From the IMG/VR virus record IMGVR_UViG_3300045988_005753: DNA of 64,000 nucleotides; one strand, written 5' to 3'. The notes beneath the pieces are model-generated. The model made no database searches, had not been told where the DNA came from, and was given only the letters and a program-made list of their open reading frames with translations. Position numbers and translations under genes: made by a program. The number at the start of each line of letters is the position of its first letter. The first letter of the stretch is position 1. Positions 41,342-51,918 of this stretch are shown here, piece by piece. The stretch is from a virus. Lineage: Duplodnaviria > Heunggongvirae > Uroviricota > Caudoviricetes.

Positions 41342-41713
41342 ATGAAGTGGCTAGAGGAAGCTTTTAAAAATAATATTGGTGCAATTGTAGTTGGTATTTT
41401 TAGTGTTATCGGGATGTATACCACTATGCAAGTTTCAAGTGGTAAGCAAGAAGTGTCTGTCACAACAAAGTTACAGCAGCTAGATAATTATTCCAAAAGT
41501 AACTATTCAGCTATTCGTGATTTACAGTCTGACATGAGACTAATTCAGCTAGGGATGGAGAACCAGAAAGTCCAGTTAGAGAATGTTAAGGGTGAGAATG
41601 CGAAACTTACCAAAACTCTTGATAAATTCTCTGACAGTGTGAACAATCTGGCCCAATCAGTATCAGCCTTGCAAGCTATTACTGAAAAGAACACAAAGAA
41701 TACTGAAAAATAA
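41342..41713 (+). CDS. membrane-anchored coiled-coil protein (spanin or antiholin candidate)
   Basis: N-terminal TM segment IGAIVVGIFSVIGMY then coiled-coil-like region; coupled to the holin-like ORF. Confidence 0.4.
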   Translation: MKWLEEAFKNNIGAIVVGIFSVIGMYTTMQVSSGKQEVSVTTKLQQLDNYSKSNYSAIRDLQSDMRLIQLGMENQKVQLENVKGENAKLTKTLDKFSDSVNNLAQSVSALQAITEKNTKNTEK

Positions 41714-41720
41714 AATTTTA

Positions 41721-41748
41721 AGGCTCCCGTAAAAAGGAGCCTTTTTTG
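41721..41748. terminator. bidirectional rho-independent terminator between convergent operons
   Basis: GGCTCC ... GGAGCC hairpin flanked by T-runs on both strands. Confidence 0.65.
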
Positions 41749-41750
41749 TT

Positions 41751-42650
41751 TTATTTACCTACTGACAAAGGTGCTTCAATCTTCCCTGCATGTTGGTAGT
41801 TGTTAATACCACCAATAAAATCACTTGCAGTAAGATGTTTCAGGTCACTTAAAGTATTAAGTGGTAGACCAATCTCAAAAGTTGGTGCATGGAACTCTTC
41901 ATTGTTCATCAGTTCATAAACCTGCTTCATATGGTTCTGATAAATCTGAGTATCTCCAAAGACACCTATCAAGTACCGTGGAGTGTATCCAGTCATCTTG
42001 CAAAGAACTTCTAAGATGAAGCCATAAGACGCAATGTTAAATGGAAGTCCTAAAAAGGTGTCTACAGAACGCTGATACCATTGCAAATCCACTTCACCTT
42101 CATTAGTGATATAAATCTGAAACAGAACATGACAAGGTGCTAAAGCCATTGAGTTTGCTGCAATATCTGCTGCATTCCAAGCATTAACAAGCATGTAACG
42201 GTCTGTGATATCACCCTTCATCTTCGTTACTAAGGTCTCTAGTTGGTCTACAACACAACCATTATGACCTTCGAAGTTTCTCCACTGGACCCCATAGATT
42301 CTCCCACCTGCATCTTCTAACCAATCTTGTTCAGAAGAATAATTAGAACTTAACCAGCGTTTAAAATCATCTGACCAGATAGTCCAGCGTTCCCCATCAT
42401 TTTCACCCCAAGTACGGTAACGGAGTTCACCAAGTTTATTCTCACCATTCAGGAACCATAAAGCTTCCCCAATAACTTGCCGTGTAAACACCTGTTTAGA
42501 TGTTAAGAGTGGGAAACCAGTGCGCATATCAAAACGAAATTTTGGTGGAGCAAATGCAGAGATAACATCTCCAGTTCGTGTAGTACGCAGTTCACCAACG
42601 GATAAAACATGGTTCAGGATATTTTTGTAACTTGTATCTGCTTGTGACAT
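41751..42650 (-). CDS. thyA: thymidylate synthase
   Basis: active-site region LAPCHVLFQIYI and overall ThyA-like sequence; 299 aa. Confidence 0.85.
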   Translation of the reverse strand: MSQADTSYKNILNHVLSVGELRTTRTGDVISAFAPPKFRFDMRTGFPLLTSKQVFTRQVIGEALWFLNGENKLGELRYRTWGENDGERWTIWSDDFKRWLSSNYSSEQDWLEDAGGRIYGVQWRNFEGHNGCVVDQLETLVTKMKGDITDRYMLVNAWNAADIAANSMALAPCHVLFQIYITNEGEVDLQWYQRSVDTFLGLPFNIASYGFILEVLCKMTGYTPRYLIGVFGDTQIYQNHMKQVYELMNNEEFHAPTFEIGLPLNTLSDLKHLTASDFIGGINNYQHAGKIEAPLSVGK

Positions 42651-42651
42651 A

Positions 42652-43098
42652 TCAAAAGTGCCCTTTTACTTGTGGAACATAAATTTCAAAGGTGGCTTTA
42701 CCATCCTCTGATGGTTTTGACTGTACCTTTGTAAATACACGGTTATCATACAGCTTCTCAAAGAAGTTTTCAAAAGGTAAATACACAGTGGCCTCTTCAG
42801 TAACTTTATGGAAAACTGTATGGAAAACTACACCATCAAGATTCTGGTAAAGCTCTTTGATGAAGTGGTCTTTCACAATCTGACTGCTAGTTGTTTCCAG
42901 CTTAATGTTCGAGATTGCTGAACCTACAGCCATATAGCCCATGACACGTTTCTTCTCAGTATGCTTAATCTTACCATCTTTGTAAGCCATAATGAGATTG
43001 GAGAGAATCTTCACACCATAATACTTTTCAAGGTGAGTGGGTACGCCATAAAAACCTAATGCGAAGTTTTCAGAGTGGATAATGTTTTCACGTTTCAT
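42652..43098 (-). CDS. hypothetical protein
   Basis: 148-aa ORF coupled to thyA. Confidence 0.5.
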   Translation of the reverse strand: MKRENIIHSENFALGFYGVPTHLEKYYGVKILSNLIMAYKDGKIKHTEKKRVMGYMAVGSAISNIKLETTSSQIVKDHFIKELYQNLDGVVFHTVFHKVTEEATVYLPFENFFEKLYDNRVFTKVQSKPSEDGKATFEIYVPQVKGHF

Positions 43099-43099
43099 A

Positions 43100-43399
43100 T
43101 TAATCTGCCAACCTTAAATTAAAATTAACACCAAATTTTTCACATACTCCCAACATATACTCAAGGGAGACATTACCAGTGAGATGAATTATGTTGGATA
43201 CACGAGCCTGAGAGATACCACAAATTTTAGCAACTTGCTCTTGAGAAAGACCTCTGGATTTAATCTCTCTCTTAAAACGATGTGCAACGAAATCTCTCAT
43301 TTCGTCTACATCCATTGGACAAATATAACTCTCCATTTCAGCCTCTCTATCAGCCTCCCAATCATCTTGTGGGGCATAAGGGTCAAAAACCTCATTCAT
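43100..43399 (-). CDS. helix-turn-helix DNA-binding protein
   Basis: LSQEQVAKICGISQARVSNI HTH motif; track ORF starts on TTG at 43429, ATG at 43399 chosen. Confidence 0.55.
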   Translation of the reverse strand: MNEVFDPYAPQDDWEADREAEMESYICPMDVDEMRDFVAHRFKREIKSRGLSQEQVAKICGISQARVSNIIHLTGNVSLEYMLGVCEKFGVNFNLRLAD

Positions 43400-43604
43400 C
43401 TTTCTTCTTCCGTTTGCGTGAAGTATCAATCAACGAATCTATGTTTGTAGCCCTAACCTTTTCACGTTCATCATTAAGATAATCATCAAGAGCCTTTTCA
43501 ATCTGTGAATCATCTTGACAGATAACTGTAAAGACTGTAAAGCCGTCTGTATCGTCAATTATCTTACCATAACCGCTTCTGGGATGTAACTTTTTAAGAG
43601 CCAT
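43392..43604 (-). CDS. hypothetical protein
   Basis: 70-aa ORF. Confidence 0.45.
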   Translation of the reverse strand: MALKKLHPRSGYGKIIDDTDGFTVFTVICQDDSQIEKALDDYLNDEREKVRATNIDSLIDTSRKRKKKDE

Positions 43605-43605
43605 A

Positions 43606-43989
43606 TTAGATACCTGTGCAGCTTCTGTTTTCTAAGAAATACTCAACACCATACATAGCTTTTTGCATCAAATCTTCTTTAAACTGGATACGATGGTTGA
43701 GCATAGCCTGTACATCAATATCATCATGGTGCTTCTCTTTAATATTTGCAGATTGCAGGAAATACTCTGCAAGAACGCGATATTGATAGTCAGTCACCTT
43801 GTCAGTCATCTCTGTCAAAGATTCTTCAGAGATTGGTTTAAGTAGCTCACCATTAGCTAGAGCAACACCTTTTACAATCTGGCAAGTATCTTCTGGAACA
43901 CCTGACAAGTCCACATTTGGGAGTTCTGTTGCATTGACTGGTAAATTCATTGCCATAACCATTGCAGCAGCTAATAAAATCTTTTTCAT
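43606..43989 (-). CDS. secreted/periplasmic protein (signal peptide)
   Basis: N-terminal MKKILLAAAMVMAMNLPVNA; GAGGT RBS. Confidence 0.55.
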   Translation of the reverse strand: MKKILLAAAMVMAMNLPVNATELPNVDLSGVPEDTCQIVKGVALANGELLKPISEESLTEMTDKVTDYQYRVLAEYFLQSANIKEKHHDDIDVQAMLNHRIQFKEDLMQKAMYGVEYFLENRSCTGI

Positions 43990-44084
43990 AATGACCTCAA
44001 AGTTATATTAAATTTTGTATTACATTGAGTATAAAAATAAGCTATAACACCTGACTTGTCAACAGATTTTATAGCTTATTTGGC

Positions 44085-44195
44085 AGATTTTTTATAAGGC
44101 TACTGCCATCCTTCCATACATTACCTAACCAAGCCGAACATCACACAACCAGACCGAGCCGCACCCCGCCTTATTAAAAGACCCTGTTTAAAGAC
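44085..44195. repeat. CA-rich (GT-rich on the minus strand) repeat element, copy 1, with core TTAAAAGACCCTGTTTAAAGACCTTTTAAAAAGG
   Basis: aligned by eye to copy 2 at 45330-45650. Confidence 0.6.
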
Positions 44196-44222
44196 CTTTT
44201 AAAAAGGAGCCTCCAAAGAGGC
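44196..44222 (-). terminator. rho-independent terminator after the 44235-44675 gene
   Basis: AGCCTC-TTTG-GAGGCT hairpin followed by a T-run on the minus strand. Confidence 0.5.
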
Positions 44223-44234
44223 TACCTAGTCAAC

Positions 44235-44675
44235 TTAGAAAGGTTTTCTACGTTGCTTGTTAATGTTAGCTTTCATAGCAGCTAAATGGTTTTGCTGTTC
44301 AATTAGTCGTGAACGTTCTTGATGGCTAAGTGCCATAGTGTTCACATTCTCAATTGCTTGAGTGGCTTGCTTTAAAGCTCGACCAATCTTACCAGACATT
44401 TTACGTTTTGCAATAGTTGCTTGATGTTTAGGCTCAACCACACGATAACCAACACCCATTGAAGCAACCAGATAAATCTTCTCTTCTTTAAGAAGCTTTT
44501 CAATAAACTTCTCAAGTCGGTTTAGACGTGTAAGTGCATAAGCCTTCATTTCATCTTCGTACTTAACAATGTCACCTTGATAAGTTGGCTTCACAATACC
44601 TAAGAAGGTATCCATCTCAGAGTGTGATACAGTGTCACCGTAACTAAACTTTGCTGCTAATGCTTTTGTATTCAT
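44235..44675 (-). CDS. hypothetical protein
   Basis: 146-aa ORF. Confidence 0.5.
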   Translation of the reverse strand: MNTKALAAKFSYGDTVSHSEMDTFLGIVKPTYQGDIVKYEDEMKAYALTRLNRLEKFIEKLLKEEKIYLVASMGVGYRVVEPKHQATIAKRKMSGKIGRALKQATQAIENVNTMALSHQERSRLIEQQNHLAAMKANINKQRRKPF

Positions 44676-44677
44676 AA

Positions 44678-45283
<606 letters not shown>

Positions 45284-45329
45284 TTAGTTGATTGTTAAGT
45301 TGTTTGTAAAGAACCCTCAATAGAAGACT

Positions 45330-45650
45330 CTTTAGAAACTTGGTAGATTTTTAACGTGGCTACTACCATCCACCCATACCATACCATACCAAACCTGACC
45401 AAATCTTGCCGCACCCAACCTGACCTCGCCTAACCTTACCACACCTCATTAAAAGACCCTTTTAAAGACCTTTTAAAAAGGTAAGTCTCATTTTAATGTA
45501 GCTGAGACTAACTACCCATACCTTACCGCACCGGACCTTACCGGACCGCACATCGCCGCACCAAACCAAACATCACATTACCTGACCTCACCGCGCCTTA
45601 CCATACCTCACTTAAAAACCCTCTTAGAAAGACTCTTAAGTGATGCTGGT
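45330..45650. repeat. CA-rich repeat element, copy 2 (two CA-rich arms flanking the same TTAAAAGACCC...TTTTAAAAAGG core and a hairpin)
   Basis: shares GGCTACT(G/A)CCATCC and the 34-bp core with copy 1. Confidence 0.6.
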
Positions 45651-45699
45651 GAGTACCCGTTGGTTTATGCTGCTCAGTATACTCACCAAATTTTCTATG

Positions 45700-45888
45700 T
45701 CAACAACTTTCTAATAAAGTTTTATGAAGATTTTGCTTAACAACTCGCCTCACATGCCTATGTTCTTTCTTAATAAAGAGTGACCTCTTCTTGATAGAGC
45801 GCCTATTCTTGTAAGTATTACTAGGATACTTATCATGAACCGGACAACAACTACCCGGATTTGTAAACTTGATAATCTCTCTTTTCAC
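45700..45888 (-). CDS. small basic hypothetical protein
   Basis: 62-aa ORF immediately downstream of the ligase gene; weak. Confidence 0.3.
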   Translation of the reverse strand: MKREIIKFTNPGSCCPVHDKYPSNTYKNRRSIKKRSLFIKKEHRHVRRVVKQNLHKTLLESC

Positions 45889-46988
45889 TATTCATAATCC
45901 CTAATAACGAGACCAACAGGGAACTGTAAAGACCCCTTACGAGTCATCTTCTGGAACTGAACCGTTAAAGGCTTCCCGATAAACTCTTCAGGATGCTCAG
46001 CAAGATACTGTTTCTTCTCATGAGTAGTCTTCCATGAGACATCTACAAAGACGTTAGGAAGAGTCTCTACAACGAACTTGCCATGACCACGTTTATCGGT
46101 CTTGACACCAGTCACTTTAAACTCTTCAGTGTGCATCTTCTTGTGCTTAATCAAGAAATATGAACGGTGACAACACTCATAGAAGGAGTCTTCAGAGATT
46201 GAACGGTACATTGCACCTTCAAACTTAGCTTCAACCCACTTATCATGGGCTTCGTCAAACTCTTCCCAAGAATTTACACGGATAGTCTGTACAGGAACAA
46301 CTCTACAGGTATCCCCAAGCTCAACAATGGGTGAGTTATCGATAACTTCACGACGCTCAGGCCAAGATTTTGAATTGTCACAGATATCATACCAGTAGAA
46401 TTTAAGAAGGTGACGGTCTGGATTGTCAGCATTCTTAATCATAGACACAATATCTTCTAAGTCCCAACCATGAGCATAAATCTCGCCATCAAAGTCTTCA
46501 ACTTGCGGGTGTAATTTAAGCAACAAAAGCAAATCTGGGATTAGTTCTGCTGGAACGTTGTAAACAGTATTCTCACGAGAATAAGCCGTGAAACTAACTG
46601 TATCAGCATCTCTTGAAATTCTACAACGGACACCATCAAGCTTTGGTTGAGCATCAGCAGGGAACTTCAGATACTTTGCATGACTAACCTTTGCAGCGTC
46701 ATGAGCAAGCTGTACACCTACCTTCTCAGTATTCTGTGCAGACTCTTTTGTGTAAGCATAACCCTTGCGGTCAACTTGCTTTTTATACTTAGCAGCAACT
46801 TCAAAGAGAGCTTGCTGTTCAGCGTTACGCTCATTCTTTTTACCGATGTTTTTAGGTTCTGCTGTATACTCTTCAAACATCATCTTGCCATTTTCTTTAC
46901 CGTAGGTTGTAATAACTTTGTCACCTACAGCAACACATGACCAAACGTTGAAGGAACCATCTTTATTTTGTTTGTACAGAATTGTCAT
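45888..46988 (-). CDS. ATP-dependent DNA ligase
   Basis: KxDG adenylation motif (PKLDGVRC) and typical size of 366 aa. Confidence 0.8.
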   Translation of the reverse strand: MTILYKQNKDGSFNVWSCVAVGDKVITTYGKENGKMMFEEYTAEPKNIGKKNERNAEQQALFEVAAKYKKQVDRKGYAYTKESAQNTEKVGVQLAHDAAKVSHAKYLKFPADAQPKLDGVRCRISRDADTVSFTAYSRENTVYNVPAELIPDLLLLLKLHPQVEDFDGEIYAHGWDLEDIVSMIKNADNPDRHLLKFYWYDICDNSKSWPERREVIDNSPIVELGDTCRVVPVQTIRVNSWEEFDEAHDKWVEAKFEGAMYRSISEDSFYECCHRSYFLIKHKKMHTEEFKVTGVKTDKRGHGKFVVETLPNVFVDVSWKTTHEKKQYLAEHPEEFIGKPLTVQFQKMTRKGSLQFPVGLVIRDYE

Positions 46989-46993
46989 TCAAA

Positions 46994-47518
46994 TTACCTT
47001 AGCATGTGTGATTTTACTGGAATAAAGATACCAAATTGTGAGACTGCTAAACCAGATAGTGACATACACTGTTCAGGTAAGTACACAAAAACCCCTGTGT
47101 AGAAGTCTATAAAAGAACCATCATCTTGTTTGCAGGCTAGTTTTCCATAACCATAGTTGTACAACTTTAATGAACCATCATCATACTTTAAGTAGTTCTT
47201 GAACTGAACATTAAAAGCATATTCAGAGAACCTTGTGTACAGGTCATAAAGCAATCCAATACTGTCGTCGACTATTGCTACACCAAACTTTTTACAAATA
47301 TCTACATAGTTTTTGTATAATTTATTATGATTTTCAGGTGTTGCAAAGTTTGTATACCAATGTTCTAAGATAGATAACTTAATTGGCTGATTTTTAGAAT
47401 ATTCTAATACCTTCATGTCATACCAAGATTTCCTAAGTCTGACATCATCTAGCCTTAAATTTTGAGACACTTCGCGGAAGTTTTTGATGATTATATTTCT
47501 GCGCCTATTGTCAATCAT
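46994..47518 (-). CDS. hypothetical protein
   Basis: track ORF starts on TTG at 47551; ATG at 47518 has an AGAGGA RBS. Confidence 0.5.
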   Translation of the reverse strand: MIDNRRRNIIIKNFREVSQNLRLDDVRLRKSWYDMKVLEYSKNQPIKLSILEHWYTNFATPENHNKLYKNYVDICKKFGVAIVDDSIGLLYDLYTRFSEYAFNVQFKNYLKYDDGSLKLYNYGYGKLACKQDDGSFIDFYTGVFVYLPEQCMSLSGLAVSQFGIFIPVKSHMLR

Positions 47519-47520
47519 AA

Positions 47521-47712
47521 TCAATCCTCTGAGTGATACCAAGTGTTGCAAGCATTACATGCGTAAAGCTCTAAGTCATTTTTATCTGGTTTATGAAAAC
47601 AGTTCGCTCCGCAGTGACAACGAAATGGTTTTCCACCAACTGTCAGAATGAAGGATTGAACCTTTCCATCAGGAGTTCGTACAGCATTTTTATGCTTGTC
47701 TTCTTTATTCAT
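47521..47712 (-). CDS. small Cys-rich (zinc-ribbon-like) protein
   Basis: CHC..C and C..C pairs (FRCHCGANCF ... YACNACN). Confidence 0.5.
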   Translation of the reverse strand: MNKEDKHKNAVRTPDGKVQSFILTVGGKPFRCHCGANCFHKPDKNDLELYACNACNTWYHSED

Positions 47713-47868
47713 TTGTGCTATTGCCTTTGTCAGATTTCATATAGGACATGTTACTACGCCTTTTAATAAAATGTACAACGCATTTTGGTGTATCCTTTGC
47801 GTCTTTGATGTGCAATCTCTCGAAACTGTGCACTGTGAAGGTTGCATCTGTCATTGTTTGCTTAGGTT

Positions 47869-48075
47869 TCATTTTCTCTTACCACCAATCTCTACGTCGA
47901 TAACTTGAACATCGCCAGCAACATCAAACTTATGAATGATGCTTTCAACAGTGTAAGTCCAACCATCAATGCGAACCAACTCACCTTCTCGTGGGACGAT
48001 TGGATTACGTTGAGCTACGGTTGTAGTGGAGTGAACAACATCATAACGATAGATATAGTTTACTAATACTTCCAT
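47869..48075 (-). CDS. hypothetical protein
   Basis: track ORF overlaps the upstream gene by 89 nt; internal ATG at 48075 with GAGGT RBS chosen. Confidence 0.4.
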   Translation of the reverse strand: MEVLVNYIYRYDVVHSTTTVAQRNPIVPREGELVRIDGWTYTVESIIHKFDVAGDVQVIDVEIGGKRK

Positions 48076-48085
48076 CGTGAAAACC

Positions 48086-48343
48086 TCACTCAATAACCGT
48101 GGTATGTGATTGACTATTTTTGCCATAGTTATAAGATGTTGTTGTTTGAGAGTTTGGACATCTGACAACAACAATATCTCTGCTTATAGCATCACCATTG
48201 AGTTTGTAGATTTTGCAGTCTTGCATCTCTGGAGGGAGGCTGTAAGAATCATCTTTGATTTCATAAGATGGGTTGCAGCCAGCCAGAAAAATTACTCCAA
48301 GTGCAACCATTGCTTTCACACAACCCTTAACCTTATTGTTCAC
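48086..48343 (-). CDS. lipoprotein
   Basis: signal peptide with lipobox LAGC (MVALGVIFLAGC). Confidence 0.55.
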   Translation of the reverse strand: MNNKVKGCVKAMVALGVIFLAGCNPSYEIKDDSYSLPPEMQDCKIYKLNGDAISRDIVVVRCPNSQTTTSYNYGKNSQSHTTVIE

Positions 48344-48475
48344 GATAGTCTACCTCTCTGTATGTTTTTAAATAGTGAGTGATGAGTTCTGGTAATTCAC
48401 TACGTTTAACGTTTGAACGAAGAAGTGTCCAGTCAAAACCTTTACCAACCCTTCCCCAGAGACTGTACATTTTCT

Positions 48476-48709
48476 TCATAGCAACTCCAGAATATCAATA
48501 CGTTCGCCTTTGAGTACTCCAGTACGGTCTTTTGCAATCTTACCATCAACGATAAGGATGTGTGTAGACCTTAAAGCGTCGTTGTTAAAGGTTTTTACGA
48601 ACTTGCTAGGCATGACTACAATGGACATCTCCTGAATTAACTCTGGAGTGTAGCAGTTATCATGAAGTTGCTGAATAACGTCTGCAAGTGTCATTTTTGA
48701 TGTCTCCAA
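48476..48709 (-). CDS. hypothetical protein
   Basis: 77-aa ORF. Confidence 0.45.
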   Translation of the reverse strand: METSKMTLADVIQQLHDNCYTPELIQEMSIVVMPSKFVKTFNNDALRSTHILIVDGKIAKDRTGVLKGERIDILELL

Positions 48710-48906
48710 TATTCAATATCTACAAGTTCTTGTGCAATACTTTTAAGGTTACTTTTAAGGAAAACTTTCTCACCACCAGACATGGAAGTGTTATCAATGA
48801 GTCTATTCATTCTCTCAAACAACTTCTGCTTACGGTTCTTGATAGTTTCCTTTGATGCACCTTTCATCATTGCTGCATGGGTTCTTCCACGGTGGCTCAT
48901 AATCAC
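48691..48906 (-). CDS. hypothetical protein
   Basis: 71-aa ORF. Confidence 0.45.
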   Translation of the reverse strand: MIMSHRGRTHAAMMKGASKETIKNRKQKLFERMNRLIDNTSMSGGEKVFLKSNLKSIAQELVDIEYWRHQK

Positions 48907-48961
48907 TCCTATATAAGATATTGTATATGGTACTCTTCCATGAGCACCTTGTCAATACTAA

Positions 48962-51661
48962 TCAGTGAACCTCAAGCCAGCTTTTACCAACCTTACCAGT
49001 ACCTGTAACAAGTGTTTCTTTCTTAAGACCTAAGTTTTTAGAAGCTTGTCCATAATACCAGTCAGTAACTGCTTTCACTTCTGCCGTCATACTTTCTGGA
49101 CATTCCCAGCTTGTTTCATCGTGATATGCGCAGAGTAAACGAGCACCAATAGCTGGTTGACGACCATTTAACTTCATCAAACCTTCGTCAATCATACGAC
49201 GACAAGCAAGGTTAATTGCCTCATTTTGAATCTGAGCCTCTGAACCCATCAAAAGGTAGTTCAACAGTTTGTGTGGAGATTTACACCACAACCAAGCTCC
49301 AGCAACCTTTACAAAACCCCCTTTAGAGATTGCAGCAGTCTTACCAAACACCTCTTCAAGTGCCTTTTTAGTTGCTTTGTAGTCAGCTTCCAAGTCATCT
49401 AGCAGCTTCTTAATTTTAGGCAAACGGATAAAGTAAGTCTGTTTAGTCAGCGCACCTTCCTGAGTAGTTGCAGCCTTAATCGTCTTAGCAAACTTCTCAT
49501 CACCTGCACCGAACAGCAGTGCATAGATACCATTCTTAGCTTTCTTACGACCCTTACTAATCTCATGAAGAAGGTTCTCATCCTGAGTAGCACGACAAGT
49601 CAAGATGTCCTGCTCATCATTCAAGCTAAAGTAAATACTATTCAGTGTATGCGCATCAGTCCCTGAATAGACAACGTACAGGTCATTCTCAGAGTCATAA
49701 CGAAGGTACTTATCAATCTCTGGGTTGAGGTACTCATCAAAGTGTTTGCAGTAATAGCGTCCATCTTCTTGACGAATAAACTCAATCTCTTCTTTACCTT
49801 GCGTTACCGCTTTGGTGAAGTCTTTATCACCCATAAAGTTACAAAGCAGAACTAACTGGGCCGAGTTCATATCTACAGAGACAACGTTAGTACCTTCCTC
49901 ACAAATCCACACTGCCCTCATTGGTTCCCCATAGACAGCAGCACCAGACGGTACGTTTACAATACCATATTGTGTCATACGTCCAGTTGAAGTACCAAAC
50001 ACCATTGCACCAGCACTAAGTCGACCATCAGGACGAATCTGGTTCAACCAACCTTTTTCATCATCCTTTGAGTTCTCAATAGTTCTGCGTCTGTGCATCA
50101 AAGTATAGTACTTAGCAATCTTCTGTCCAAGCTCACCTTCAATCGTATCATAAGATGATTCAGTAAGTTTTGGTGAAGTACGGATTAAGCAAGGCTCAAG
50201 CAAATCTGTGTACTTCTTCACAGACCAGTTATGCTCAATGTACTGGACACCTTCATGCTCAACATAGCTCAAACCACACCGCTCAACCATTTCCTGCCAC
50301 TTAGGATGCTTTGTAATCATCTTTTTATTGTCTTTGAAACGACAAACTTTGACAGGGCGACCATCTGAGTCTTTCTTGTAATTCCAATCATCTGGAATCC
50401 AGCCAACTGATTTCAAGTAGTCTTTAACAACTGCTACCTGAGTCATGCGAGAAACTTCGAACTCAATTGGTGTATATGGTGCATCAATCAAACCTGTGTA
50501 GCGACTTGACTCAAGTTCAAAGTGGTTAACAACATGACTGTTATAGTACTTCACAGTTTTGACTGTTTTTACTGGCTTCCAGTCTTTGCATTTCTTACCA
50601 ATCTTTGCGTTCAACTCATTGCAAATTGCACGAGCATCCTTCATTGCTACAAAACCTTCCTTGTACTCTTCACCAGTTACAGAGTTGGTTGGCGTATAGC
50701 AATTTCTCTTTTCAATGTTAAAAATCTTTGTAGTTGGCTTACCAAATGGCTTGATTTCGTATGTCTGCATCTCACCGTTACGTACCTGCTGACGATACTT
50801 TGTTTTAGGGTACTTGGTAATTCTCTTCAGTCCATCTGCATGACCAAATGTTTCAACATACTCATTCCAAGCTTTTGCAAACTCTTCTCCAGTGACTTTA
50901 CCTTTGGTCTTAATAGTTGGAGGTAGATGTGGTTCAACCTCTGAGGCAAGCTCATTAGTCAACTTGTCAAGCTCCTTTACATGGAACTCCATAAGCTCCT
51001 TATCAGCTTTCCAACCATTGATAGCTTGTTGACTCATCCAGAAAGATGTTTCTTTAGCTCGCATGTAGGTTTCATAAGTGTCTATGCCACACTTCTTAAG
51101 CTTGAGATACTCATTATCAAGTGCCCGTTTAGTTTTGGCGTTAATACGAATATCTTCTACAACACGAGTGAAGATTTCTGCATTCCAAACACCCCAATGC
51201 TCAATCTCTGGCTTACGAACACCAACACGAGCACCCCATGCAGCCAAGCCATGAGCACCTTTATAACCCTTTGGAGTTGGTCTATCCATCCACTGAACAC
51301 GAGACTGGATAAGAGAATCCTGAAAGAAATTACTCCACGGCTTACACTTTGGATTATCAAAGTTCCATAAATCAGGGGCAATGTGATTGAAAACCCACCA
51401 GTCATAACCGAGACCATTATGGATGCAAAGACGTTTTGCCTTTAACGCAAACTCAATACCTTCACGTAAGCCACCCTTAATGTACTTGGTATACTTGTGA
51501 CCGAGGATAGGCTCGTCTGTAAATACCCATACAGGCGGCTCTTCATCGTCAGATTTATAGTCTGCGAAAGCCATTACGTGAACTTTAGTGAACTCAAGGA
51601 GTAAACCATCAGTTTCTGTATCACCAACTAAATGTAAGTTTTTAAAATCTACGTTTTCCAT
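48962..51661 (-). CDS. DNA polymerase, family A, with 3'-5' exonuclease domain
   Basis: exo motif DTETDGL, motif-B-like KKAKNGIYALLFGAG, motif C YHDE; ATG at 51661 has a GAGGGAG RBS. Confidence 0.85.
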   Translation of the reverse strand: MENVDFKNLHLVGDTETDGLLLEFTKVHVMAFADYKSDDEEPPVWVFTDEPILGHKYTKYIKGGLREGIEFALKAKRLCIHNGLGYDWWVFNHIAPDLWNFDNPKCKPWSNFFQDSLIQSRVQWMDRPTPKGYKGAHGLAAWGARVGVRKPEIEHWGVWNAEIFTRVVEDIRINAKTKRALDNEYLKLKKCGIDTYETYMRAKETSFWMSQQAINGWKADKELMEFHVKELDKLTNELASEVEPHLPPTIKTKGKVTGEEFAKAWNEYVETFGHADGLKRITKYPKTKYRQQVRNGEMQTYEIKPFGKPTTKIFNIEKRNCYTPTNSVTGEEYKEGFVAMKDARAICNELNAKIGKKCKDWKPVKTVKTVKYYNSHVVNHFELESSRYTGLIDAPYTPIEFEVSRMTQVAVVKDYLKSVGWIPDDWNYKKDSDGRPVKVCRFKDNKKMITKHPKWQEMVERCGLSYVEHEGVQYIEHNWSVKKYTDLLEPCLIRTSPKLTESSYDTIEGELGQKIAKYYTLMHRRRTIENSKDDEKGWLNQIRPDGRLSAGAMVFGTSTGRMTQYGIVNVPSGAAVYGEPMRAVWICEEGTNVVSVDMNSAQLVLLCNFMGDKDFTKAVTQGKEEIEFIRQEDGRYYCKHFDEYLNPEIDKYLRYDSENDLYVVYSGTDAHTLNSIYFSLNDEQDILTCRATQDENLLHEISKGRKKAKNGIYALLFGAGDEKFAKTIKAATTQEGALTKQTYFIRLPKIKKLLDDLEADYKATKKALEEVFGKTAAISKGGFVKVAGAWLWCKSPHKLLNYLLMGSEAQIQNEAINLACRRMIDEGLMKLNGRQPAIGARLLCAYHDETSWECPESMTAEVKAVTDWYYGQASKNLGLKKETLVTGTGKVGKSWLEVH

Positions 51662-51718
51662 TTTTACTCCCTCTAAAATCATTAACCCCATACATTACTG
51701 CAAAAAATTATAAAAAGC

Positions 51719-51746
51719 AAGTTGACAATACACTTGACAAGGTGTT
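51719..51746 (+). promoter_or_regulatory. second copy of the conserved tandem TTGACAA element
   Basis: GTTGACAATACACTTGACAAGGTGT, near-identical to 10184-10215. Confidence 0.5.
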
Positions 51747-51918
51747 AATCTTTGCGAAGTGGGTTTTTACTTAAAAGGTTACTTAACAGTTTAACTATAC
51801 AGATACTTTAGAACTCTTAAAAGATTATTTAATAGCTTTTAAAAAGCTTTAAAGTATAACGTATAGAATACGTTAAGATAAAAGATTAAAACTTAATAGT
51901 TACTTAAAAGAGGCTTAC

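Noticed and set aside
50522-51417. Plus- and minus-strand ORFs inside the DNA polymerase gene (50522-50926, 50981-51370, 51157-51417)
   Set aside because: Embedded in or antisense to a well-supported 899-aa gene with polymerase motifs; typical shadow ORFs.
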